Source of the DNA: a virus
Lineage: Duplodnaviria; Caudoviricetes
Reading direction: 5' to 3' (one strand)
Virus record (IMG/VR): IMGVR_UViG_3300011443_000215
Span: 1-32,485 of that record
Length of the DNA stretch: 32,485 nt
The first letter of the stretch is position 1. Each line of letters begins with the position of its first letter. The notes below the pieces were generated by a model. It searched no databases and was not told where the DNA came from. It saw nothing but the letters and a program-made list of their open reading frames with translations. Position numbers and translations under genes: made by a program. This document shows positions 8,779 to 18,000 of the stretch, one piece after another.

Positions 8779-8970
8779 ATGAATAGTATTATATCAGAAA
8801 CTTTAAAAAAAGATTCGGATGAAGCGGTTCAATTAGGTAACGAATTTCCTGGGTACATGGGGGTGCCGCCAAAATCTTTTAGTAAGCAAGAATTAATAAT
8901 GCTTCTAAACGTTCTATTCAATGAGTTTATGGAAACAAGAAGAAGGGAATTAAGTTTAATGAGACTATGA
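8779..8970 (+). CDS. Hypothetical protein
   Basis: 63 aa ORF within the operon; its stop overlaps the next ATG (ATGA). Confidence 0.55.
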   Translation: MNSIISETLKKDSDEAVQLGNEFPGYMGVPPKSFSKQELIMLLNVLFNEFMETRRRELSLMRL

Positions 8971-9581
8971 TTATACCACATATCATATCCGACCCAAAAC
9001 TAACCGTAAGAAAGGAAGTTCTGATTAAAGAGTTGGCAAGGCAGCGGATTGAAACATATAAACTATGGCCTTCAGTCCACTTGCCACACTCTCCAAGACG
9101 TACAAGTATTTCAAAAGCTCATAAGCAAATAGTAGAGTGGGCAGCAAATGAAGGACTTGAAGAAGTGGCAATATTTGAAGATGACATTTGGTTTCCTTCG
9201 CCGGATGGTTGGGAATATTTCGTTTCAAAAAAGCCAAAGTTCTATGACCTTTACCTATGTGGAATTACAAGAGGGGAATTAGTAAATGGCAAAGTAAGGC
9301 GTTATACCGGCCAATTTGGTTACTTCATCCATGAGAAATACTACGATACATTTCTAAGAACAGATGAAAAATTAGACATTGACGGTGCGCAATCGGGGCG
9401 TGGGGATTTCCATGTTTGCTATCCATTTGCAGCTTTTTGTTATCCTGGTTTCTCAAAAAATCAGAACGGAGTGGTAGATTATTCCCACCTTTTAATAGGC
9501 AGAGAGATACATGGATTTGGGCTAATGAATGATAAAGCCGATGCTAAAAGGTTTTCAGATGCAGCCAAAGCCCTTATGTGA
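8967..9581 (+). CDS. GT25-like glycosyltransferase
   Basis: SISKAHKQIVE...VAIFEDD...DLYLCG...YFI matches the GT25/Lex2B-type SH...IFEDD layout. Confidence 0.65.
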   Translation: MIIPHIISDPKLTVRKEVLIKELARQRIETYKLWPSVHLPHSPRRTSISKAHKQIVEWAANEGLEEVAIFEDDIWFPSPDGWEYFVSKKPKFYDLYLCGITRGELVNGKVRRYTGQFGYFIHEKYYDTFLRTDEKLDIDGAQSGRGDFHVCYPFAAFCYPGFSKNQNGVVDYSHLLIGREIHGFGLMNDKADAKRFSDAAKALM

Positions 9582-9915
9582 GTTCTTCCCTTTTCTTTTT
9601 GGACAGCACTTCTATCTTACTTACCCTTAAATATTGGACAGCTACGGGGTCGCCACCGTTCTTTGGAACATGGACTTTTACATCGGGAGTGCCTTTGGCA
9701 TATACTTGGACACCTTTTTTGAGCATGGCGAGAAGTTCTTCACTATCGGAAAAGTAGGCACAATCCACCCAATGCTTCTTTTCTTCTTTTGTGCCATTTT
9801 CACGATTACGCCATTGTTCAGAGTGGCAAACGGCGAAGTTTATCAACTTTCTCCCATTGGCTACATTCATTACCGCATCAGCACCTAAGTTGCCGATAAT
9901 AAAAAACTCTATCAT
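9574..9915 (-). CDS. ssb: Single-stranded DNA-binding protein (bacterial SSB OB-fold)
   Basis: IIGNLGADA...INFAV...EQW......W..C..F......LKKG.QVY..G. Confidence 0.9.
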   Translation of the reverse strand: MIEFFIIGNLGADAVMNVANGRKLINFAVCHSEQWRNRENGTKEEKKHWVDCAYFSDSEELLAMLKKGVQVYAKGTPDVKVHVPKNGGDPVAVQYLRVSKIEVLSKKKREELT

Positions 9916-9927
9916 AGGGGGTTGGAT

Positions 9928-10197
9928 TTAAAGTTTGGCTACCAAAACATCTGACCTACAAAGCCATATATCCGGTTCAACTTCAACGCCGCCGTCTTCG
10001 GCAAGGCATATATCACCTATATCAATTCTGGTGATTTCCCAATCTTCTTTGTAGCAAAGAACATCTGAATCGGGGGAAATTCCTACTACTTCTACTTTGT
10101 TGAATGGATTTTTTACTGTGTCAAGGATGAGGCCGGAAGCTGATACTTTTTCTTCGTGGATTAGCTTAATAAGGACTTTATTACCTAAAGGCTGCAT
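9928..10197 (-). CDS. GroES/Cpn10-like co-chaperonin
   Basis: MQPLGNKVLIK..EEKVSASGLIL (PL.DRV and mobile-loop-like GIIL), then VVG and IGD. Confidence 0.75.
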   Translation of the reverse strand: MQPLGNKVLIKLIHEEKVSASGLILDTVKNPFNKVEVVGISPDSDVLCYKEDWEITRIDIGDICLAEDGGVEVEPDIWLCRSDVLVAKL

Positions 10198-10213
10198 AAG
10201 TATTGGAGTTTGG

Positions 10214-10260
10214 CAAATGTAAAAAAATAATTTGAAATAGTAGAAAAAATATTAATTTCG
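10214..10260. promoter_or_regulatory. Second divergent Bacteroidota-type promoter region
   Basis: Leftward -7 element TACATTTG (10221-10214, no clear -33). Rightward TTTG (10231-10234), 18 nt spacer, TAATTTCG (10253-10260). Confidence 0.55.
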
Positions 10261-10275
10261 TATATCTCACGCCCT

Positions 10276-11187
10276 ATGTCAACACCACGATGTATTCAAA
10301 ATCATATCCTTGTTGAACTGCCAAAGGCTTTTCAAGACGAACTTGTAACGAGCAACGGACTTAAATTCTATCAAGATACTACATTCAGACCGGAATGGAA
10401 TGTCACGCTTCAAGGTAAGGTTATTTCAGTCCCTACAAAACTCACATTTGGGGATGGTCAAATTCACTCCTACGACCCCGATAGAATACGCATTAACCCA
10501 ATCATAGATGTTGGTGACGACATAGTATTCAACTACTTAGTGGTAATGAAACGTGCGCAAACGGATAATAGGGCAGAGGTCTTTGAGAAAGAGCCAACAG
10601 TTGACCCATTCGTTACCACATGGTCAAATTACAACGACCAAAAGCTAATAAGAGTTTACCTTAAAAACGATAGGTGGAAGATAGGTTTATACGATACCAA
10701 GTCAAGAACATGGGTTGATAAATTGGAAGGTGGCGAAAGAGATATTGAGAGTTTCATGGGTAGGTATATGCCAACCGAAAACGTAGGTTTCAATTATCAC
10801 AACCTTTTGCCACACGAAGGGAAAGACTATTGGATGGTTGATTATGCCAATGCAGTAGCAATTAAAAAAGAAGATGGAACATTTCAGATGGTTGGTGATT
10901 ACGTCCTTGTAGAGCCAATTAGAGAGCCATTCAGAGGCACACATCAAGGGGTGATAGAAGTATATGAAATTAAGCAAGACACCGATTATAGAGCCATAGG
11001 GCGAGTTGTAAGCATAGGTGAACCGCTATTAGGCGACACCAAACTAAGTATTGAGCCAAACGATGTTATTTGTTCAGATATACGTTATGTAGAGAAGTAC
11101 GAAATTGACGGCCACGACTATTGGGTTATCCGTCAAAAACACATTTACGGAAAATCTGTAACGAATGAACATCCAAGAAGTACATGA
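10276..11187 (+). CDS. Protein with two GroES-like domains
   Basis: N-terminal HILVEL...SNGL...GKVISVP...VGDDIVF; C-terminal GDYVLVEP...GRVVSIG...IDGHDYWVIRQKHIYG (cf. GroES IDGEEYLIM.E.DILG). Confidence 0.65.
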   Translation: MSTPRCIQNHILVELPKAFQDELVTSNGLKFYQDTTFRPEWNVTLQGKVISVPTKLTFGDGQIHSYDPDRIRINPIIDVGDDIVFNYLVVMKRAQTDNRAEVFEKEPTVDPFVTTWSNYNDQKLIRVYLKNDRWKIGLYDTKSRTWVDKLEGGERDIESFMGRYMPTENVGFNYHNLLPHEGKDYWMVDYANAVAIKKEDGTFQMVGDYVLVEPIREPFRGTHQGVIEVYEIKQDTDYRAIGRVVSIGEPLLGDTKLSIEPNDVICSDIRYVEKYEIDGHDYWVIRQKHIYGKSVTNEHPRST

Positions 11188-11836
11188 TTTCATTGATTTA
11201 ATTACGGCGCAAGAAAGAGGCGGTTTCAATACACCCTCCGAAAAAGACCAAGCCTTAGACAGAGCAAGTTTAACCTTGTTTGAGTTCTATCGTGCAAGAT
11301 ATTCCACAGCTATTGAATCTAAAGAAGCACTTGCTCCATTCAGAGGAAGATACGACTACACAACCGATGGTAGCGGGGAAATAACCATTTCAACCGGACT
11401 TGACTTCGTTCACTTATTGGCTATGGACGTAATGGTAAACGACCCCGATACTCCATCGGGGTTCAATGATGATAGGCGTTACCCCGTTTCATTCCCAAAT
11501 GAGGATGAACTTGCTGACAGATTAAATTCCCAAATAAAACAACCAACAAGAACAGCACCAATAGCGGATATAATTGGCGTTGGTTGGTATAATTTATACC
11601 CGCAAGTCGTTCATGCCGGAACAATTTACTACTTATCAAGACCCGATACACCCGTATTTGGATATACGCAATCTGGAAGAACAATCACGTATGACCCATC
11701 AACAAGTACGCAATTACAATGGACAGAGCCGTATTTGAACAATGTAATTTTCCTTGCATTGAGGTTCTTAGGAATCAATCTTAACAACGAATATTTAAAC
11801 CAAGTAATGACCCAATATGTAGGGGAGACAAAATAA
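11165..11836 (+). CDS. Virion tail ring/adaptor protein (crAss-like/Flavobacteriia podophage type)
   Basis: N-terminus (I.A.E..GF.TP.E.D.A..RA...LF) and Y...P..P..GY resemble ring proteins of these phages; first gene of the tail module. Confidence 0.55.
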   Translation: MNIQEVHDFIDLITAQERGGFNTPSEKDQALDRASLTLFEFYRARYSTAIESKEALAPFRGRYDYTTDGSGEITISTGLDFVHLLAMDVMVNDPDTPSGFNDDRRYPVSFPNEDELADRLNSQIKQPTRTAPIADIIGVGWYNLYPQVVHAGTIYYLSRPDTPVFGYTQSGRTITYDPSTSTQLQWTEPYLNNVIFLALRFLGINLNNEYLNQVMTQYVGETK

Positions 11837-11845
11837 ATTTAAAAC

Positions 11846-12694
11846 ATGGCAACAGATATATCATTAGTAAATAACGTTGTAAAAATAACCATAGATAGCG
11901 GTAGGCCAAGACAGTATTCACTTGCCACAGCCACCTATGCCTTCAACGAAAATGACGTTCTAAATTTAACAATAGACGGGCAAAACTATTCAGTAGCACT
12001 TGCTGACTTGCGTATCAATGGTGCAGGTTCCGCACCCGTTTCCACAGCAGCAGCACTCACATCATTGAGTTCAGTTTTCCCTGCATGGAATCAAACCACA
12101 TATACGCTAAATGAAATATTAGCCGAAAGCAACGATGCCGGAGCTAATACTATCGACAACTTAGCCGACCCAACAACCGATCAACAAGCAGCCACAAAAA
12201 AATACGTGGACGACAATGCTGGCGGTGGCGAAGGTGGGGCTTTACTATCAGCAACCGTTGAATTGACTAATGCTCAAATAATCGCTTTGCCTAGTACGGG
12301 GGTTGAGTTAGTTGCGGCACAAGGGAGTGGTAAGATAATAAATGTAGTATCGTGCTATTGTGTTACAAATTTTGCTTCCGTTTATACGGGGACAACCGAT
12401 GCTAGTTTAAACCTTATGATGGGATTAGCTTATGTTAATTCAACTTTCCCTGATTGGGCAGGGGCATTGGAAACAACCACTCGTAAGGGGTTAAAGTTGC
12501 CAGAGAACAGTTATAGCGCAGGTGGCGGGTCTTTTGCAGGCGAGACTATTGGCCTCATGAGTACAAACCTAACAAATTTAGAAGATGAAGCCCTTGTGTT
12601 AAAAGATGATTATAGCGGCTTATCTGACTACGGCGGCGGCAATGCAGCAAATACTTTAAAAGTAACAGTTTTCTATACAATAGTTGATTTATAA
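11846..12694 (+). CDS. Tail fibre/virion appendage protein
   Basis: Rich in T/S/A/G. Contains TIDNLADPTTDQQAATKKYVD, a neck motif common to fibres and trimeric adhesins, followed by a Gly linker and a beta-rich C-terminal domain. Confidence 0.6.
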   Translation: MATDISLVNNVVKITIDSGRPRQYSLATATYAFNENDVLNLTIDGQNYSVALADLRINGAGSAPVSTAAALTSLSSVFPAWNQTTYTLNEILAESNDAGANTIDNLADPTTDQQAATKKYVDDNAGGGEGGALLSATVELTNAQIIALPSTGVELVAAQGSGKIINVVSCYCVTNFASVYTGTTDASLNLMMGLAYVNSTFPDWAGALETTTRKGLKLPENSYSAGGGSFAGETIGLMSTNLTNLEDEALVLKDDYSGLSDYGGGNAANTLKVTVFYTIVDL

Positions 12695-13069
12695 AATGGC
12701 AAAAGGGAAAAAAAATAAAAGTAACAATATGGCAAGCGTAATTTACAAAGCTAATCTAACTCAAGAAGATACTAATGTTCCTAATGCAATAATAGGGGTT
12801 GATACTATAACAGGTATTGTTTGGACAAGGGCGTCGGCTGGAATTTATTATGGAACAAAAACAGGGGCATTCCCAGAGGGTAAAACCCATTTATTTATAG
12901 GCAGTTCCATAAGCCCCATTCAACACGTATCTCTACAGTATAACGACGAAAATATTGTTGTTATAGAAACGAAAGTTTTTTCTGGTGGTGTTTGGACACC
13001 TACAGATTACATTCTTTACCTCACATCAGTAGAAATAGAAGTCTATCTATAGTAGTTGATTTATAAAAT
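12681..13069 (+). repeat. 17 bp direct repeat TAGTTGATTTATAAAAT flanking one gene
   Basis: Exact copies at 12681-12697 and 13053-13069. Confidence 0.85.
12696..13052 (+). CDS. Small beta-rich putative virion protein
   Basis: YKANLTQ...P...W.R...G.Y...VEIEVY. The ATG at 12696 is preferred over the TTG at 12684. Confidence 0.5.
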   Translation: MAKGKKNKSNNMASVIYKANLTQEDTNVPNAIIGVDTITGIVWTRASAGIYYGTKTGAFPEGKTHLFIGSSISPIQHVSLQYNDENIVVIETKVFSGGVWTPTDYILYLTSVEIEVYL

Positions 13070-13717
13070 ATGGCAACACTTTATTCAATATCAGAGCAAA
13101 TCAGATCGCTTTTACAAGGAGGCGACCCCCCACAAGCACCAAAGTTTGAAATGGAGGAAGTAAAGAGGGCTGCTATCCAAGTTATAAATGGGTTGATAAA
13201 AACACAGCACCTTGCCGAAGAAATGGCGGGCGGCGAAACCATTCCCGATGGGTCGGTATTGGCAGAATACGATAGTGTTGCAGTTGAAAAATACAAGAAC
13301 ACGGCAAGGGCAACATTGCCCGCAATGCCGGTTAAGCTACCAAGAGGGATGGGTATTTGGCACGTAAGCAAGACAGATGATATTATCAATGGGTTTATCC
13401 CCTTCCAACCAGGAGAGTTGCAAATGATAGGTGAGGAAGCAATGATTAGCGATATAATGGGGCAGATCGGTTATATGCCAGTTGGCAAATACATAATCTT
13501 CAACAAAGATATTACAACCAACCAAGATGAATATAAAATAGAGGAAGTGTATATGCAACTTGTGGTAAAAGATTTGACTTTATATGGAGATTTTGAAACG
13601 CTACCTATCCCAAGTTCTATGGAAATGGACGTTATCGCTGGAACATTTCAGATATTGACGGGGCAACTACCCGCTAATAAAAAAGTTGACGTAATAAACA
13701 AACAACCTGAAGAATGA
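13070..13717 (+). CDS. Putative tail ring/structural protein
   Basis: 215 aa acidic ORF in the tail module, with a C-terminal LPIPSSME motif and ATGA coupling to the next gene. Confidence 0.5.
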   Translation: MATLYSISEQIRSLLQGGDPPQAPKFEMEEVKRAAIQVINGLIKTQHLAEEMAGGETIPDGSVLAEYDSVAVEKYKNTARATLPAMPVKLPRGMGIWHVSKTDDIINGFIPFQPGELQMIGEEAMISDIMGQIGYMPVGKYIIFNKDITTNQDEYKIEEVYMQLVVKDLTLYGDFETLPIPSSMEMDVIAGTFQILTGQLPANKKVDVINKQPEE

Positions 13718-14469
13718 GATTAACAACTTTAAATGGGGTGGCAAGGAGTTCGCTTCTACTTTGTAGGAAGCCTATTCATTACTATTACCAGTTTCTAAAA
13801 TATTCCGCAGATTGTTTGCAAGAATTAATCTACGACACACTTCAAATAACCAATACAGTAAGGCTTGATTTGAATGAGTTCTTTGAAGCAGAGATACCGG
13901 CAGACTATGTTGATTTCGTTTCAATAGGGGTTCAAGCGGGGCAATTCACAAGACCATTAGTGCATAAAGATACGCTTGCAAGGCTTCCAAATTTAGATAC
14001 AGAAACCGGCGACCAAATTCAATACCCAAATAGCACAGAAGAAACAGACGATTGGACTGACTTATTTCAATGGTGGGGTATAAATATAAACTCACATGGC
14101 GAAAATACGGGAGCATATTACGGGTTAGGTGCGGGGAGCGAGCCGGATACTTATAATATAATCCCCGAACAAAACATTATAAAGTTCAACAGAAATATCG
14201 GGTTCAATCAAGTCGTTCTTAGATATATCAGCGATGGTACTTATGCAAATGCAGCCACTCAAATTCCAATATACGCTAAAAAATGCGTTGAAACATACAA
14301 CGATTGGCAATATAAAGAGTTTAGCAAATCATTCGGTGCTTATGATGCAGAAAGAGCAAAAGCGTTATTCATAAGAGAGCATGAGAAACTAAGAGCAAGG
14401 AAGAACGAGATGACCCCTGAAAACTTACACAGAATAATCAATAGAAACAGAAAGGCAAGTTTGAAGTAA
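13714..14469 (+). CDS. Putative tail ring protein
   Basis: IPADYVDFV..G and VVLRYISDG motifs recall crAss-like ring proteins; lies just upstream of the muzzle-like gene. Confidence 0.6.
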   Translation: MRLTTLNGVARSSLLLCRKPIHYYYQFLKYSADCLQELIYDTLQITNTVRLDLNEFFEAEIPADYVDFVSIGVQAGQFTRPLVHKDTLARLPNLDTETGDQIQYPNSTEETDDWTDLFQWWGININSHGENTGAYYGLGAGSEPDTYNIIPEQNIIKFNRNIGFNQVVLRYISDGTYANAATQIPIYAKKCVETYNDWQYKEFSKSFGAYDAERAKALFIREHEKLRARKNEMTPENLHRIINRNRKASLK

Positions 14470-15053
14470 TGCAGCAAATAACAGAAATATGGAAGCCGGT
14501 CGAAGGATTTGAAAATTTCTATGAGATTTCAAATTTAGGTCGGGTTAAAAAACTTTGGGAAGGCCGCAGCCACAATATCCCCAAAGGAATTATGAACGTA
14601 AAGATAAATAATAGCGGGTATAGGTATGCCTTTTTATGCAATAACGAAGGGAAGCAGCAATCAATACTCGTTCATAGGCTAGTGGCTTATGCGTTTATAC
14701 CAAATACAGAAAATAAGCCGCAGGTAAATCATATCAACGGGGTTAAATTAGACAATAGACTTGATAATCTTGAGTGGGCTACAAATTCTGAAAATCAGCT
14801 TCATGCATACAAGATAGGGCTTCAGTTTAAAGAAACTGGCGAAGGCAACCCATTATTTGGGAGAAGGGTACGTCGTGAGGGAAATTGGATGCTATCTCTG
14901 TCAAAAAGAGTTATTCATAAAGAAACTGGGAAGATTTATGAAAGTATAGCTGAAGCAGCTATACAGACGGGCATTAAATATTATACAATCGGCAGAAGCC
15001 TAAGAGGGGCTATAAAAAAAGACCTTGGATTTGCGTATGCAGCAGATAATTAA
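14469..15053 (+). CDS. NUMOD4-HNH homing endonuclease with C-terminal NUMOD1-like DNA-binding segment
   Basis: EIWKPVEGFENFYEISNLGRVK (NUMOD4); VHRLVAYAFIPN..NKPQVNHINGVKLDNRLDNLEW (HNH); TGKIYESIAEAA. Confidence 0.92.
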   Translation: MQQITEIWKPVEGFENFYEISNLGRVKKLWEGRSHNIPKGIMNVKINNSGYRYAFLCNNEGKQQSILVHRLVAYAFIPNTENKPQVNHINGVKLDNRLDNLEWATNSENQLHAYKIGLQFKETGEGNPLFGRRVRREGNWMLSLSKRVIHKETGKIYESIAEAAIQTGIKYYTIGRSLRGAIKKDLGFAYAADN

Positions 15054-18000
15054 AAAGTTGCTAAATGGTGGGCTTGACAGCGATTCGGCAGAGTTTCTTG
15101 TGCCGAAAGAGTGTTTCATTTCAGGTCAGAATGTTCGCATTGGCGGCACTACTGATTTGGGTGGAGTTGGGTATATTGAATCTATTCTTGAGAATGCTGA
15201 AAAGTTTCACGTATTAAATTCAGGTGGAGAAAACATAACCATTGGCTTTGCTTCAGATGCAGAAGAAGGATGGATAGTGAAATTTAATTGGAGCAGTACA
15301 GGCAATCACGGGATATTTTTATTCGACATAATCAATGAAACGTGGTATGACTTACTACTTGAAGCCGATGTAACGGGGGGGTTAAACTTTGAAAAGAACC
15401 AATTAATCCATAGTGCAAGAATAGAAAATGGGAATGTATATTGGTGCAATGCAGAACAAAACCAACCAAGAAGATTCAACATACGTGCAGCAGCAAATCT
15501 ATATGCACCAGGGACTTTCGATGATGTTGATGCTTACACAACGCCAATATCACAAGATGTAATTTATTGGATACGCAGACAACCGGGATTGCCGCCAATA
15601 ATGACCAAGATGATAGCAAGCCCCGTTATCAACAACTTCATTAAAGATGAAGGGTTTTGGGCTTCATTCAGATATATTTATAGAGACTATGAAATATCTA
15701 CGCTATCGGAACTTTCTGAACTTGCTAACTATAATGCCCCCGATGATGAGTTTAATGCACTTAATATAGAGATTCCAGTTGGCGAATATATCGAGCAAGA
15801 CGTATTGCAGGTTGACTTAGTAATTAAGTATGCAAGTACGGGAAAATCTTTCGTAATTCGTTCATGGAATAAAAATGTTGCGTTAGATTTAGCAGCTATC
15901 AATAATCATAATAGCGGGGCAGAACTTTTATATTTCGATTACTACAATGATTTCATAGGCACAGCACTTGATGATGCTTATTCAGTAAAACCTTATGATA
16001 GCTTACCAATCTACGCACAAACAATAGAGATAGCAAGGAACAGGTCATTCATGCTTAACTATACTCTTGGCTATGATACTCCGGTAGCACCAACTTCATT
16101 AGATGCTGTTTTTGTAACGCAAACAGAAGGAGAAACAGTAACGGGAACTTGGTGGGAGATGCAATGGAGGCCAAGCCCTTTTGGTAGCCCAGATACTTAT
16201 TACGTTTTATATCTTGAAAATATCGGGGCGTATAGTGGTTACTATGGGTATCTACCATTTCCTGGCCCTGTTGGAACGGTATCTACGCCACCAATATTAC
16301 CAATCATTGCAGATTACCCAACGGAATTAGCACTTGCGGGTTATACAGCTAATGACATTCTTCTTTATTTTTCATTAGACCTTTCGGGGTATGTAAACTT
16401 TATCCCAACATCATCAACGGCAAGCATTACTAATTCCCCCGAAACGGTAACGTTGGTTGGTGCGAATGTTTTCAAAAGTGATGCGCCATATCAAATAGCA
16501 CTTCAATTCAGGGACTTTGCCGGAAGAAAATGCGGTGCTATAACTAATTCTGGAATGATATTTACAACTCCCGATAGGGCGTATGATACCATTGCATTTA
16601 CTACTGCATTGACTTGGACGTTAAGTAATTCAAATAAACTTGCAGAGATACCAGATTGGGCTTTCTACTATGATATTTTAATAAGTAAATGTTTGCGTAC
16701 AAGATTCTTTTTGGAAGCAAGGGCTAAGAATATAACATACGTAGTAAAAGATATTGATGGAGAATATGAGTTCAATACAAATGCCTATGCCGATGACCTT
16801 AATGGCGTAGCCATTGATATTACCCTATTGAATGGGTATGGGATGGGGTACGTTTGGGCAGAAGGGGATGTAATAAAAATTTACAAAGATGGCGATGCAA
16901 CCGTTTATACCTTATCATTACTTGGGCAAGAAGGTAATTGGGTAATTGCGGAACTAAAAGATTTAGGCACTATTGGCAATACAGCATCACCATATTTAAC
17001 GGGGTTGTTTGAAATCTATACACCATTCAGACGTTCATCAAATGAGCCGTATTATGGGGTTGCGCAATCGTATAAAATTACAGACCCCGCAACAGACGAC
17101 AGAGAGTATTCAGTATTAACGGGTAGCATTGGGGGTGATGTTACATTGCTAAGTCGTGGCGATGGTAGCGCAAGTTACTTTACTGAAAATATGTCTCCCA
17201 ATGATAAATACCCTTACCAATGGAATACAGATTCAGGGAGGCCAAACTTCATTGATACAATAGGTCAAGAAACAAAAACCAATGACATAGCATATAGCGA
17301 TAGGTTGATTGCCGGAACAAGAACAAATGGTTTATCTACATTTGAAGCATTGAATACAAAGGACGTTCCGATTGAATGTGGCGATGGAATGAAGTTGCAA
17401 GTAGCCGATAAGATAACAGAGCAAGGAAATATTATGCTTGCGATATGTGCAAATGAAACTGTTTCTTTGTACCTTAGTGAAGCGCAATTATTGGGTTCAA
17501 CCGGCAATGCGTTTTTAGCGCAAGCGTCAGATGTAATTGGAACGGTCAATGTGCTGAAAGGCTCTTACGGGACACTAAATCCCGAAAGCGTTGTCTTATC
17601 AAGTGGACGGGTATTCTTCTACTCCCTTATTCGTGGATGCTTTGTTTCTTATTCCAACAATGGGTTATTCCCGATTAGTGATTATGGGTTGAAAAGAGTT
17701 TCGCATTTATTTTCACAAGCGTATGCTGGATTAAGCCAAGAAGAAATTGAAGAAATGGGAAGTAGGCCATTCGTATTTGGTGGAGTTGACCCTTACCACA
17801 ATGAAGTTTATTGGTCAATACCAACGACTACATTAACCCCACCAAAGGGTTACTTGGAAGATTATGTTTCACCCGAACCGCTTGTTATTTACCCCTATGA
17901 CATTTACGATGGGTTGGGTAAAGTTTTGGTGTTTAAAATGAATGAAGATAGATGGGCAACACCTCATTCATACGAAACAGAATACTTTGTTGACATAAGA

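Noticed and set aside
2231-9581. Host capsule/LPS locus adjacent to a prophage
   Set aside because: It is flanked on both sides by phage-type genes, lacks wzx/wzy/export and sugar-synthesis genes, and has phage-like compact overlaps. Disfavoured but not formally excluded.
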